Below are positions 27,689-37,137 of a stretch of 64,000 nt of DNA, one piece after another. Under the pieces are notes generated by a model. That model ran no database searches, was not told where the DNA came from, and saw nothing but the letters and a program-made list of their open reading frames with translations. The position numbers and the translations under genes are program-made. The number at the start of each line of letters is the position of its first letter. The stretch's first letter is position 1. Source of the DNA: Chitinophagales bacterium (lineage in GTDB: Bacteria > Bacteroidota > Bacteroidia > Chitinophagales > Chitinophagaceae); contig JACJXQ010000009.1 in NCBI GenBank assembly GCA_020636495.1, positions 53,823 through 117,822 on the forward strand. The letters are read 5' to 3'.

Positions 27689-29044
27689 TTAGTGTGCGAA
27701 GTTTTTGTCATAGTCTGACATTCGCTCTGCCGGAGGGTTGAAATATCCGAATTTGACATTAGGAAACTCTTCGTGTATCAATTCCATCATCTGTTTGATG
27801 CCCAGGCACTCACCTGTATCTGTAGCACCTATTTTGCCAAGGTACCAATCAGGGTCAATATTGAAATTGCGCCACTGTATCATACTCAGGTCGGTGTATT
27901 TTATCACTTCACGAAGTGCCTCATATTCTGCGACGCTATCTGTCATACCCGGGAATGCAAAATAGTTGATAGATGCCCAGCCACCATATTTACGCACTAT
28001 CCTAAGGCTTTCTATTATATCTTCCATCTGGTAGTTGTTAGGCAGGTAATAAGGAGTATATACTTCTTTACGTACCGAATTGGTACTTACCCTGATGCTG
28101 TTCAGCCCTGCTTGCATCAGCTTTTCTACTGCATCAGGTTTGCTGCCGTTAGTATTGATGTTGATGCTACCCTTCTGTGTGTGCTTACGTATCTCAATGA
28201 TCGCATCCCTTATAGTTTCCCACATCAGCAGCGGTTCTCCTTCACACCCCTGACCAAAGCTCACTATAGGGTATGGCGCACTTTCAAGGTGCGGAACAGT
28301 GTACTCAACTATTTCTTCAGCAGTAGGTTTAAACGACAGCCTGTCCTGCGGTGAGAATATCTCCTCATCCTCGGGCTGGAAAGAGATACAACCTACACAG
28401 TTAGCATTACATGCGGGGGATGAAGGTATCGGACATTCCCAACGCCCCATAAAATAGTTGCGTGCTGCCGGGCAGCTGTAGGTCAGTGCGCAATTTTCTG
28501 CAATATGCTTCACCAGTCTGTTGTGCGGGTAGGCGGCCATCATTTTACCAACCCCTTCTTTCACCTTTTCATCATCAAAACCGCTATGCTCCTGGCGAAT
28601 ATCATCTTCTATACGTACTGCGGTAACATAAAACTTATCGTCGTACCATCCTGCGGCCGTATAACAATACAAGGGTAATAATTGTGCCTCGGGCAAACTT
28701 TCATAAGCCGCCATATACAAGCTGGTATGCGCAGGTGGTACAAAAGCAGCTACCGCCCAGCCTTTGTCGCAAAGGCGCATCTCACCCGTTTTTACATCTA
28801 TACCTATACCTCGCCTATCAGGCAATTCATAAAGGCTGCCACCATCGGGCATCTCTATCCAGTCATCCTGTTCCAGTGGAATGGCATCCCAACCTGTACG
28901 GCCAATGGCATACAGGCTTGTGTCTTCGTAAATATTGCCTTCTCCGTCGCTGTACAACAGGTAAGGGCTTGCAGCAGGATGCTTTATTGCTTGCCTTGCA
29001 CTCATATAAAAATATTCAGTATCAATGGGCAAAGTTAACCCCAT
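27689..29044 (-). CDS. radical SAM protein with an N-terminal domain of about 200 aa of unknown function
   Basis: CX3CX2C motif CNANCVGC, a GQGCEGEPLL glycine-rich motif, and extra Cys residues upstream of the cluster motif. An alternative start is at 29005. Confidence 0.85.
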   Translation of the reverse strand: MGLTLPIDTEYFYMSARQAIKHPAASPYLLYSDGEGNIYEDTSLYAIGRTGWDAIPLEQDDWIEMPDGGSLYELPDRRGIGIDVKTGEMRLCDKGWAVAAFVPPAHTSLYMAAYESLPEAQLLPLYCYTAAGWYDDKFYVTAVRIEDDIRQEHSGFDDEKVKEGVGKMMAAYPHNRLVKHIAENCALTYSCPAARNYFMGRWECPIPSSPACNANCVGCISFQPEDEEIFSPQDRLSFKPTAEEIVEYTVPHLESAPYPIVSFGQGCEGEPLLMWETIRDAIIEIRKHTQKGSININTNGSKPDAVEKLMQAGLNSIRVSTNSVRKEVYTPYYLPNNYQMEDIIESLRIVRKYGGWASINYFAFPGMTDSVAEYEALREVIKYTDLSMIQWRNFNIDPDWYLGKIGATDTGECLGIKQMMELIHEEFPNVKFGYFNPPAERMSDYDKNFAH

Positions 29045-29112
29045 TTAGGGTATTAGTGGCAGATATTAGTATAAACTAAACTGTTTAAAGAGTAGAATAG
29101 TATTTACGTACA

Positions 29113-29988
29113 TTATTCCGGCAAAAGGATACTCACTATCGTACCCTTACCTTTCTTGCTTTTTATCAGGAACTTGGCATCTACCAGCTTCAAAAGGTCT
29201 TTAATAATAAGATAACCCAAACCATTTCCCTTACGGTTGTTAAGGTTGGCAGACGATACGATAAAATGCTCAGACATGATGTTGCTTATCTGTTCAGTAG
29301 TCATACCAACCCCCTCATCGCGCACACGGATAAGGATTCCCTTAGCGCTGTTGCCCCCACTAATGGTAATGTTCCCCTTCTCTGTAAAATTAAGTGCATT
29401 GAGAATGATGTTGTATAACACTATACGCAATGGTTCAATATACTGGTGTAATATCAATCCCTTATTGATGTTGTTCACAAACCTGATATTCTTCTGGCGT
29501 GCCAGGCCATGAAAAATGCTGAATATCTGGTTTACCATATCATGCAGGTCAAACTCTTCCTTTTTCAACCTGCGGTTCTCATTCTGATATTTTATCCAGT
29601 TCAGAATATTAGTAGATAGCAGTTCCAGTTCTTTTGACGAATGGGATATCTCCAGCAGCATTTCATTATAAAGATCTTCAGACAATGTATCTTTATTCTC
29701 ATACAGGTTCTTGCTGGTCATATGTATGAACTTGAGCGGGCTGATCAGGTCGTGACTGATGATTGAGATAAGCCTTGTCTTTATAAGGTTGTTCTTTTCC
29801 AGTTCAATATTCTGCTGTTTAGTCTCGCGCGTTTTGCGCTCTACCAGCATCTTCAGTATCTTTTGTTTGGTGATAATATTCTTTATTGCCAGCCTGGCCA
29901 CCAAATACAAAAGAATAGATATGATCGGAACAATAAGGAATACAAATAGCCAGTTGCCGGTTAATAACTCCGATTTAATAGTCTGCAT
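29113..29988 (-). CDS. sensor histidine kinase (one TM, coiled coil, HisKA, HATPase_c)
   Basis: H-box ISIISHDLISPL, N-box IILNALNFT, G-boxes RDEGVGM and GNGLGY. Confidence 0.88.
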   Translation of the reverse strand: MQTIKSELLTGNWLFVFLIVPIISILLYLVARLAIKNIITKQKILKMLVERKTRETKQQNIELEKNNLIKTRLISIISHDLISPLKFIHMTSKNLYENKDTLSEDLYNEMLLEISHSSKELELLSTNILNWIKYQNENRRLKKEEFDLHDMVNQIFSIFHGLARQKNIRFVNNINKGLILHQYIEPLRIVLYNIILNALNFTEKGNITISGGNSAKGILIRVRDEGVGMTTEQISNIMSEHFIVSSANLNNRKGNGLGYLIIKDLLKLVDAKFLIKSKKGKGTIVSILLPE

Positions 29989-30056
29989 TGTTTTGTTCTG
30001 TTTGCAATAAATTGTTTCGCAAATAAATATGCCGGCACTCCACGCACCGGCCTTGT

Positions 30057-30668
30057 TCAGAAGTTTATGTCGTATAGAGATGCCAACTCCATTAGCTGTT
30101 TCAGGTTCTCTGTTTCTGTTTTTTCAAATATCCTTTTTTTCAGGGTAGAGACAGTGCTCATACCCAGGTTGAGTGTTTTGGCAATGGCTTTAGTTTGATG
30201 CCCGTTCAGCAGGTAGTGTATCACTTCCAGTTCTCTTGGTGATAAAGATGAAAAAGGGTTCTTTTGATTGATCGCATTCATTTCGATCACCGGAGGAGCT
30301 TCATTATGCAAGAACTTCTTCAACATCATGATCGTCATCTCTTCGCTTGATGACTTAGACATAAAATAATGTACATCATATTGCCTGAAAGCTTCAGCGT
30401 AAACCTCTGCCAACTGCATACTAAAGACCATGACATTGAGCGAAGGATACAGGCGCCTGATGTTGCCTATCACCTCGAGAGCTGTTCCGTCAGAAAAAAT
30501 AATATCCAGTATCAGGTGACTGCAATCTCTCTTCATCAGTTCCATCATCAGCGCATTGCAGGTTGTTGTCTCCCTGACATCTGTATAACCTAAACTGGCC
30601 TGGAGCAACAGTTTCATACCCTTCCGGATCATTGAGTGATCATCGGCAATAATTATGGATGGTTGCAT
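30057..30668 (-). CDS. NarL/LuxR-family response regulator
   Basis: REC domain (IIIADDHSMIRKG...LILDI) plus a LuxR HTH (LSPRELEVIHYLLNGHQTKAIAKTLNLGMSTVSTLKKRIFEK). Confidence 0.92.
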   Translation of the reverse strand: MQPSIIIADDHSMIRKGMKLLLQASLGYTDVRETTTCNALMMELMKRDCSHLILDIIFSDGTALEVIGNIRRLYPSLNVMVFSMQLAEVYAEAFRQYDVHYFMSKSSSEEMTIMMLKKFLHNEAPPVIEMNAINQKNPFSSLSPRELEVIHYLLNGHQTKAIAKTLNLGMSTVSTLKKRIFEKTETENLKQLMELASLYDINF

Positions 30669-30770
30669 AAAGGTGTAATGGATAATATTTACTTAGCTGA
30701 CAGTAACATTATCTATCCGTCTATATTATAATTATCTATTTATATTTCTCTCTCTTAATTACCACACAAA

Positions 30771-30815
30771 TTTGTAGAATTAATTTTACATATACAGTAG
30801 AATTAATTCTACAAA
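30771..30815. promoter_or_regulatory. operator-like repeat cluster with a perfect 16-bp palindrome
   Basis: TTTGTAGAATTAATT occurs at 30771-30785 and its exact reverse complement at 30801-30815. GTAGAATTAATTCTAC (30797-30812) is a perfect palindrome. Confidence 0.45.
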
Positions 30816-30870
30816 CAAGATATTACAGGGAGACTATCATTGCAGCGGAATTAAAAACCACACCTGCAAG

Positions 30871-31122
30871 ATGACCAGGAACAGATTTACAATAGAGGTA
30901 AACGGAGAGACCTTCCATTTTATCAGGGTAAATGAAGAAGGCGACAGATTTTATCTGTATGTACTGCCTAATGACAGCAGTAAGAACGGATTTTTCATGA
31001 CACAAACAAACGGAGAAGCCTGGCAGATAGCCAACAAAGTACTTGTTATGAAAAGTATTTTGCTGATAGAGCAGGAACTATCTGAACTGGTAGCAGAAAA
31101 GCTCGGCCAGAAAACCCCTTGA
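30871..31122 (+). CDS. hypothetical small protein (83 aa)
   Basis: An ORF with balanced composition, 59 nt downstream of the palindrome. I recognise no family. Confidence 0.4.
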   Translation: MTRNRFTIEVNGETFHFIRVNEEGDRFYLYVLPNDSSKNGFFMTQTNGEAWQIANKVLVMKSILLIEQELSELVAEKLGQKTP

Positions 31123-31140
31123 GATATTCAACTATGTATA

Positions 31141-31800
31141 TCAGAAGCCGATATTTATTCCCAATCTGAAAGCAACAGTATTGCGGTACGGGCTATTCTG
31201 ATCCTGCAGCACATCATACAGTGCCATAAATACCATAGATGCTCGGTCGCTGATTGGTTGACGTATACCGCCACCGGCTAGCAAGCTGGGCACAGTTAGT
31301 GTTGTATTTTTCGTTATTACAGGAGGTGGAGACTTTGTATAGTCGTTTGTATATTCTTTATAGCTTGAAATATTATGCTCGTACTCAACATGAGCAAATA
31401 TATTATTCCATATTACGTAGCGCATCCACACACTGGGCGAATAGAAATGTGCATTAAGCGGGTGTAATTCCTCCCTCGCAGTAACCGGATCTACAATAAC
31501 ACTGAAATAATTTTTTATATGTAAGTACTGATAACCAAATCCTACTCCTGCCGAAAAATGGTCGGTAATCCTATAACCCAATATTGGTGTGGCACCTATA
31601 TTGGTTACACCAGATGCAATACCGAATATTCCCCATCCTCCGAATATGATCCTCTGTGGGTCTATCAGCTTATCACTTTTTACATTCGTCTCGCTCCTGT
31701 TCAGTGGTTTGCCTGAGCTGCTGTATACATCCTGCGCATAGATAGCTGGTACTAACAGCAGGCCGAATGTCAAAGTCAACAATATTTGTTTCATATTCAT
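31141..31800 (-). CDS. hypothetical secreted or outer-membrane protein
   Basis: Signal peptide MNMKQILLTLTFGLLLVPAIYAQ, beta-rich and Gly/aromatic-rich, C-terminal GINIGF. Confidence 0.6.
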   Translation of the reverse strand: MNMKQILLTLTFGLLLVPAIYAQDVYSSSGKPLNRSETNVKSDKLIDPQRIIFGGWGIFGIASGVTNIGATPILGYRITDHFSAGVGFGYQYLHIKNYFSVIVDPVTAREELHPLNAHFYSPSVWMRYVIWNNIFAHVEYEHNISSYKEYTNDYTKSPPPVITKNTTLTVPSLLAGGGIRQPISDRASMVFMALYDVLQDQNSPYRNTVAFRLGINIGF

Positions 31801-31899
31801 CTGTATTGAAGGGCTATAACGAAGTTAACATAAAACGCGTTAAAAGGCTGTAATATTACGCCTTACAGTCACACCAAATTGTAAAACTTTTCACAAATC

Positions 31900-33303
31900 C
31901 TACGGGAATATCTTGCCGGGATTTAATATACCATTGGGGTCAAAAACATCCTTTATCGCCTGCATGAGTAGTATCTGAGCATTACCAAAAGCGATATTCA
32001 TATAGTTCTTTTGCACAAGGCCAATACCATGTTCACCTGATATCGTACCTCCGAGTTTCACTGTTTCGGCAAATATTTTTTCTATTGCTATTGGTAACTT
32101 CTTATTCCAGTCCTCATCAGTCATATCTCCCTTTACAATATTCACGTGTAGGTTACCATCACCGGCATGGCCATAACAAACAGACGTAAAACCATACTCT
32201 ATTCCTATCGACTTAACCGTTGACAATAACAATGGTAATGCTGCCCTTGGCACTACGGTATCTTCTTCCTTGTAGATAGAATTGGATTTCACAGCTTCCC
32301 CCACCTTACGACGTAATGCCCAGAGCATTTGTTTCTGTTCGTGACTTTCTGCAAATAATATCTCACCAGTATCAAAGCTTTCCAGTGTAGCACTTATCTG
32401 TTCGGCCTGTTTATATAATACATCCATATCATTACCATCTACTTCTATCAACAGGTGCGCCTGTATATCGTCGGGTAAGGTCATGATAGTATTCTCTGTA
32501 TATTGTATTGCCCATTGCAAAGCGTCTCGCTCCATAAATTCAAGCGCCGATGGCGTAATACCTGTAAGCATTATTTTATTCACAGCCGTACAAGCTTCAG
32601 CCGCAGAACGAAAAGGCACCAACAGTAATAAGTCGTATTGTACTGCGGGTATCAGCCTGAGTACAATTTTCGTAATAACCCCAAGCGTACCTTCGCTCCC
32701 CACCAGCAACTGTGTTAGATTGTAGCCTGTAGCATTTTTCAGAACGTTGGCACCTGTCCATATTATTTCACCATTGGGCAAAACGACTTCCAGGTTCAGT
32801 ACATAATCTTTTACCACACCGTATTTCACAGCTTTGGGGCCACCTGAATTTTCTGCCACATTACCACCAATGAAACAAGAACCTTTGCTGGCAGGATCCG
32901 GAGGGTAGAATAATCCATGTTCTTGTACATACTCCTGCAATACCTGTGTAATGCACCCCGGCTCTACTGTTACCTGGAAATTTTGGGTATCCAGGTGCAG
33001 TATCCTGTTCATTCTGCGCATATCCAACACTACTCCGCCATATGCAGGCAGTGCTCCACCGCTCAGCCCTGTTCCCGCACCACGGGTAGTCACTGCTATT
33101 TTATGCTCGTTGCAATAAGACAATACGCTGCTTATCTCTACCGGACTTACAGGACTGATAACCAATTCAGGCATAAACACAAGGTCTTCTGTCTGGTCCG
33201 ACGCAGCTATTGTAAGGGTTTCTATGTCATCGAACACGTTCTCCTCTCCTGATACCGACCTGAAATGGCTTACATCTTCAGCAGTAAGTTTCCTGAATTT
33301 CAT
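31900..33303 (-). CDS. FAD-binding oxidoreductase (GlcD / D-lactate dehydrogenase-like)
   Basis: FAD_binding_4 motifs (VTTRGAGTGLSGGALP) and a C-terminal FAD-oxidase domain (GGTISGEHGIGL). I chose the ATG at 33303. Confidence 0.88.
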   Translation of the reverse strand: MKFRKLTAEDVSHFRSVSGEENVFDDIETLTIAASDQTEDLVFMPELVISPVSPVEISSVLSYCNEHKIAVTTRGAGTGLSGGALPAYGGVVLDMRRMNRILHLDTQNFQVTVEPGCITQVLQEYVQEHGLFYPPDPASKGSCFIGGNVAENSGGPKAVKYGVVKDYVLNLEVVLPNGEIIWTGANVLKNATGYNLTQLLVGSEGTLGVITKIVLRLIPAVQYDLLLLVPFRSAAEACTAVNKIMLTGITPSALEFMERDALQWAIQYTENTIMTLPDDIQAHLLIEVDGNDMDVLYKQAEQISATLESFDTGEILFAESHEQKQMLWALRRKVGEAVKSNSIYKEEDTVVPRAALPLLLSTVKSIGIEYGFTSVCYGHAGDGNLHVNIVKGDMTDEDWNKKLPIAIEKIFAETVKLGGTISGEHGIGLVQKNYMNIAFGNAQILLMQAIKDVFDPNGILNPGKIFP

Positions 33304-33367
33304 GTAACAAAGTTCTGATTCCTGCGATGAAAGTAAAGAGCTATTTAACAAAATTTTCTTTGTTTTT

Positions 33368-33394
33368 ATAGTACCTTGTTTTGCATAGTACTAT
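33368..33394. promoter_or_regulatory. possible PadR operator
   Basis: ATAGTAC (33368-74) and GTACTAT (33388-94) are inverted repeats. ATAGTACTAT (33385-94) is itself a perfect 10-bp palindrome, 35 nt upstream of padR. Confidence 0.35.
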
Positions 33395-33428
33395 ATTTTT
33401 ACTAAGTTTGCATCATAAACAGTAACAG

Positions 33429-33761
33429 ATGAACATAGAAAATACAGAATCGCAGATGAAGAAGGGCTTGCTGGAGCTGTGTATACTAGGTATTATCAGG
33501 AAGGAGAAAGAAGCTTACCCGAGTGATATACTGGAGCAGTTGAAGAGCAGCAAGTTGGTAGTATTGGAGGGAACTTTGTACCCATTGCTGACGAGATTGA
33601 AGAACGCGGAACTGTTGAGTTACCGTTGGGAGGAATCGCCTTCGGGACCACCAAGAAAATATTACGCGCTAACGGATACAGGAGAGACAGCTTATGAACA
33701 ACTAAAAACCGCATGGACGGAACTCAGTACATCAGTTAATCATTTAACCACCACTATATAA
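33429..33761 (+). CDS. PadR-family transcriptional regulator
   Basis: LELCILGII...YPSDILEQL...LEGTLYPLLTRLKNAELL...RKYYALT winged HTH. Confidence 0.92.
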   Translation: MNIENTESQMKKGLLELCILGIIRKEKEAYPSDILEQLKSSKLVVLEGTLYPLLTRLKNAELLSYRWEESPSGPPRKYYALTDTGETAYEQLKTAWTELSTSVNHLTTTI

Positions 33762-33771
33762 ATAAGTAATT

Positions 33772-34422
33772 ATGCAAAGGATCATACAAATAACCATTGG
33801 CGGACGCGTTATCCCGATAGAGGAATTGGCTTATGCCCGTCTGAACGATTACATTACCTTGTTAGAAAGGCAATTTTCCGGAGAGCCGGGTAGAGATGAG
33901 ATAATACTGGATATAGAAAGCCGTATTGCCGAGCTGTTTGCAATAAGACTGGAAAACGGGGCACAATCTATCGACACATCTGATGTACAGAAAGTGATAG
34001 CTACTCTTGGTAATCCCAGCGACTTTAATGAAAACAGTGGTGCCGGAAGTCAGCAAGCAAATTATCAGTACACATCACAATACGAACCTAGCACTAGACG
34101 CCTGTACAGAAACCCCAAAGATAAGATGCTTGGAGGTGTATGTAGCGGTATAGCCAACTATTTTGATATAGATACTGTACTGGTAAGGCTTGTATTTGCG
34201 ATATTGTTCCTGACTATGGGAGTAGGACTACTGGCTTACATTTTAGCATGGATCATTATTCCTGTGGCACGTACGCCACAGGAAATGTACTATATGAAAG
34301 GAGCTCCACCCATGGATTTTCAGACTATGAAAAAAAATATGGGGGATGAATTACAGGACTTGAAAAAGAAAGGGGAAGAGATGAGCCAGGAACTGAAAGA
34401 TTTTTTCAGGAATAAAAAGTAA
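33772..34422 (+). CDS. PspC domain-containing membrane protein
   Basis: LYRNPKDKMLGGVCSGIANYFDIDTVLVRLVFAILFL is a PspC domain followed by a TM segment. Confidence 0.88.
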   Translation: MQRIIQITIGGRVIPIEELAYARLNDYITLLERQFSGEPGRDEIILDIESRIAELFAIRLENGAQSIDTSDVQKVIATLGNPSDFNENSGAGSQQANYQYTSQYEPSTRRLYRNPKDKMLGGVCSGIANYFDIDTVLVRLVFAILFLTMGVGLLAYILAWIIIPVARTPQEMYYMKGAPPMDFQTMKKNMGDELQDLKKKGEEMSQELKDFFRNKK

Positions 34423-34463
34423 CCAAATGGGTAGCAACCAGATTGTTGTATCCACGCATATCG

Positions 34464-34488
34464 ACCTGCTTCTTCAAGCAGGTTTTTT
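34464..34488 (+). terminator. rho-independent terminator
   Basis: ACCTGCTT/AAGCAGGT stem, loop CTTC, T6 run. Confidence 0.8.
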
Positions 34489-34568
34489 AATGCCTGTAAA
34501 TGCGATAAATAAAGCATTTTTCATTCGTAAGGGTTATTAATTACTTTAGTGGCTACAAATCCACACGG

Positions 34569-35999
34569 ATGAACGATCTGAAAAAAAGAAGAATACCACT
34601 ACATTTTCAAATAATTATAGGCCTTGCTTTAGGTGTAGCATGGGCATTTTTGTCAGGCTACCTGGGGTTAAAGAGCTTCACGCTAAACTGGATAGCTCCT
34701 TTCGGTGATATCTTCATCAACCTGTTGAAGTTGATTGCAGTGCCACTGGTGTTGTTCTCTATCATAGATGGTATAGCCGGATTATCTGATACAAAAAAAC
34801 TGGGCAGACTGGGCATAAAAACACTTGCAATGTACCTCATAACGACTGTTACTGCTGTAAGCCTAGGACTCGTTCTGGTCAATATGATAAAGCCGGGAAA
34901 CAGAATAAGTGATGAATTGCAGACCGTCAACCGTTTGTCTTACGAAATGTGGGCCGGCGATAATAACGTAAAAATAAAAGATGGTAAACATTACCTGGAC
35001 AACGCAGAATACACTTCATATATCAACGAAGCAAAAAGCAAATTATCGCAAGAAGAAAGCAATGCTACTATAGAAGAAAAAATGCAGACCGCCCGTTCGC
35101 AGAAAGACAAGGGGCCTTTACAATTTCTTGTTGAGATGGTACCCAGCAATATCTTCCTGTCGTTCAACAACAGCCTCATGCTACAGGTGATATTCTTCGC
35201 TATATTTTTTGGTATTACACTCATATCGCTACCCCGCAGTAAGGTGGCAGGCATGATCAACTTTGTTGAAGCAGGCAGCATGATATTCATTAAGATGGTG
35301 GATATTGTTATGCGTGGTGCGCCTTATTTCGTATTCGCACTCATGGCCGGCAAGCTCACACAAATGGCCAATGACAATACAGACCGTATCATCAACCTGC
35401 TGGGAGCAATAACAACCTATATGGTAGTAGTAATTGCGGGCCTGTGTATCATGGCATTTATCCTCTACCCTTTACTCATAACACGAATTGTAAAAAAGCT
35501 GAACTACCGTGGCTTTTTCAAAGCAATGGCGCCTGCACAGTTCCTTGCATTTTCTTCTAGCAGCTCTGCAGCAACACTGCCAGTAACTATGGATTGCGTG
35601 CAAAAGAACCTTGGCGTGAAAGAAGAAGTAAGCAGCTTTGTATTGCCCATTGGAGCTACTGTAAACATGGATGGCACCAGCCTGTACCAGGCAGTGGCGG
35701 TAGTATTCCTTGCACAACTGCATGGCGTTGACCTGAACCTCACACAACAACTTACCATCGTGATGACTGCTACACTGGCATCTATAGGCACAGCCGCCGT
35801 ACCCAGTGCAGGGCTTATCATGCTTATCATAGTATTGCAATCTGTAGGATTGAACCCGGCATGGATAGCACTTATATTTCCCGTAGACAGGATACTGGAC
35901 ATGTGCCGCACAGTAGTCAATGTAACTGGCGATGCAACTGTTGCTACTATAGTAGCCAGCACTGAGGGAATGATGGAATATCCACCAAAAGAGGAGTAA
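34569..35999 (+). CDS. dicarboxylate/amino acid:cation symporter (DAACS family)
   Basis: Multi-TM protein with the family motifs SSSAATLPV and GATVNMDGTSLYQAVA. Confidence 0.9.
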   Translation: MNDLKKRRIPLHFQIIIGLALGVAWAFLSGYLGLKSFTLNWIAPFGDIFINLLKLIAVPLVLFSIIDGIAGLSDTKKLGRLGIKTLAMYLITTVTAVSLGLVLVNMIKPGNRISDELQTVNRLSYEMWAGDNNVKIKDGKHYLDNAEYTSYINEAKSKLSQEESNATIEEKMQTARSQKDKGPLQFLVEMVPSNIFLSFNNSLMLQVIFFAIFFGITLISLPRSKVAGMINFVEAGSMIFIKMVDIVMRGAPYFVFALMAGKLTQMANDNTDRIINLLGAITTYMVVVIAGLCIMAFILYPLLITRIVKKLNYRGFFKAMAPAQFLAFSSSSSAATLPVTMDCVQKNLGVKEEVSSFVLPIGATVNMDGTSLYQAVAVVFLAQLHGVDLNLTQQLTIVMTATLASIGTAAVPSAGLIMLIIVLQSVGLNPAWIALIFPVDRILDMCRTVVNVTGDATVATIVASTEGMMEYPPKEE

Positions 36000-37037
36000 C
36001 TATTCCCGTTCATGTTCTTCCCAACCCTTATCATAACGTTCAAGGGAGGTTTGGTATTTTTTATAAATGATCTTCCTTAGCCTTTTGGGGGCTACCACAC
36101 GTATGCCATCACCAAAACCCATGATCTCTTTCTCTAGCTCAAAGTTCAGCTGTACCTTAATTTGTACCAATATGCTGTTCTTCCACCTTTTAAGTACCTG
36201 TTGAGAATGATGCAATGGTTTTGTTTCAATATATGGCGCGTGTTGGTTGGTTACTTCCAGCAACACAGTGCTGGGCCGCTGGTTACGGGAAACTGTAACA
36301 CCGATGACATCCTTATAAAAATCAGCCGCGGCGACCCGATTATTAGGCAGATATTTTACCTTGTCAGCTATCTTAACACTTACGATCCTGTCCAATGCCA
36401 GGTTCACAATGTCCCCGTCCTCCTTTCTGATACCTACTGCAAACCACCGGTTCTTAAACTCCTTGAGCCACCATACGTGAAAAAAGAATGTATTCGCCTC
36501 CCTTGCTTTAAATGAGCGATATTCCATTTCTACTGCCTTTCGTTCAATGACAGCATTATATATCAGGTCAAGATATTCCAATCCTTTCAGTTGTTCATTT
36601 TTTTCAAACTCAATAACTGAACGGGTATGATGCGCAGCCGTGTACACATGGTCTTCCAGTTTTTGCACTACTTCATTCAGCGATGAGAAATGCGAAAATC
36701 CTTTGAACTGTTTTAACACTTCGACAGCTTCATTCATACGCTCCAGGTCTTGCGGGCTGAGCGGTATATTGGTAATACTGTATTCAGGATCTTCATAGGT
36801 ATAATACTTCTTTTCAGCTATTACAATAGGTGCATTATAACCCAGCTTATCGCTACGCATCATTTGTATATCGGCTTGTACGGTACGTCTGCTGATACCT
36901 TTATCTATGCCTTCGTATTCATATAATGCTTCAGAAACTTTGTCTATAAGCATATCAAGCGTCCATTTACGCCTTCGGTTGCGCAGGCAAGCATCAATAG
37001 TTTTATAACGTATTAGGGCGTTCCTGTTTACAGGCAT
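36000..37037 (-). CDS. HTH + WYL domain transcriptional regulator
   Basis: It starts at the ATG at 37037 (MPVNRNALIRYKTIDACLRNRRRKWTLDMLIDKVSEALYEYEG). The central region (YRSFKAREANTFFFHVWWLKEFKNRWFAVG) is WYL-like. It is divergent from rtcB. Confidence 0.85.
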   Translation of the reverse strand: MPVNRNALIRYKTIDACLRNRRRKWTLDMLIDKVSEALYEYEGIDKGISRRTVQADIQMMRSDKLGYNAPIVIAEKKYYTYEDPEYSITNIPLSPQDLERMNEAVEVLKQFKGFSHFSSLNEVVQKLEDHVYTAAHHTRSVIEFEKNEQLKGLEYLDLIYNAVIERKAVEMEYRSFKAREANTFFFHVWWLKEFKNRWFAVGIRKEDGDIVNLALDRIVSVKIADKVKYLPNNRVAAADFYKDVIGVTVSRNQRPSTVLLEVTNQHAPYIETKPLHHSQQVLKRWKNSILVQIKVQLNFELEKEIMGFGDGIRVVAPKRLRKIIYKKYQTSLERYDKGWEEHERE

Positions 37038-37137
37038 GAGATTTTTTTTGAAAATAATGAAAATAATTCTTACTACGCAGAAAGATTGCGCACATGGGTA
37101 GCATCTTTGTATCATCAAGTTTAAAAACAAGACCAAA

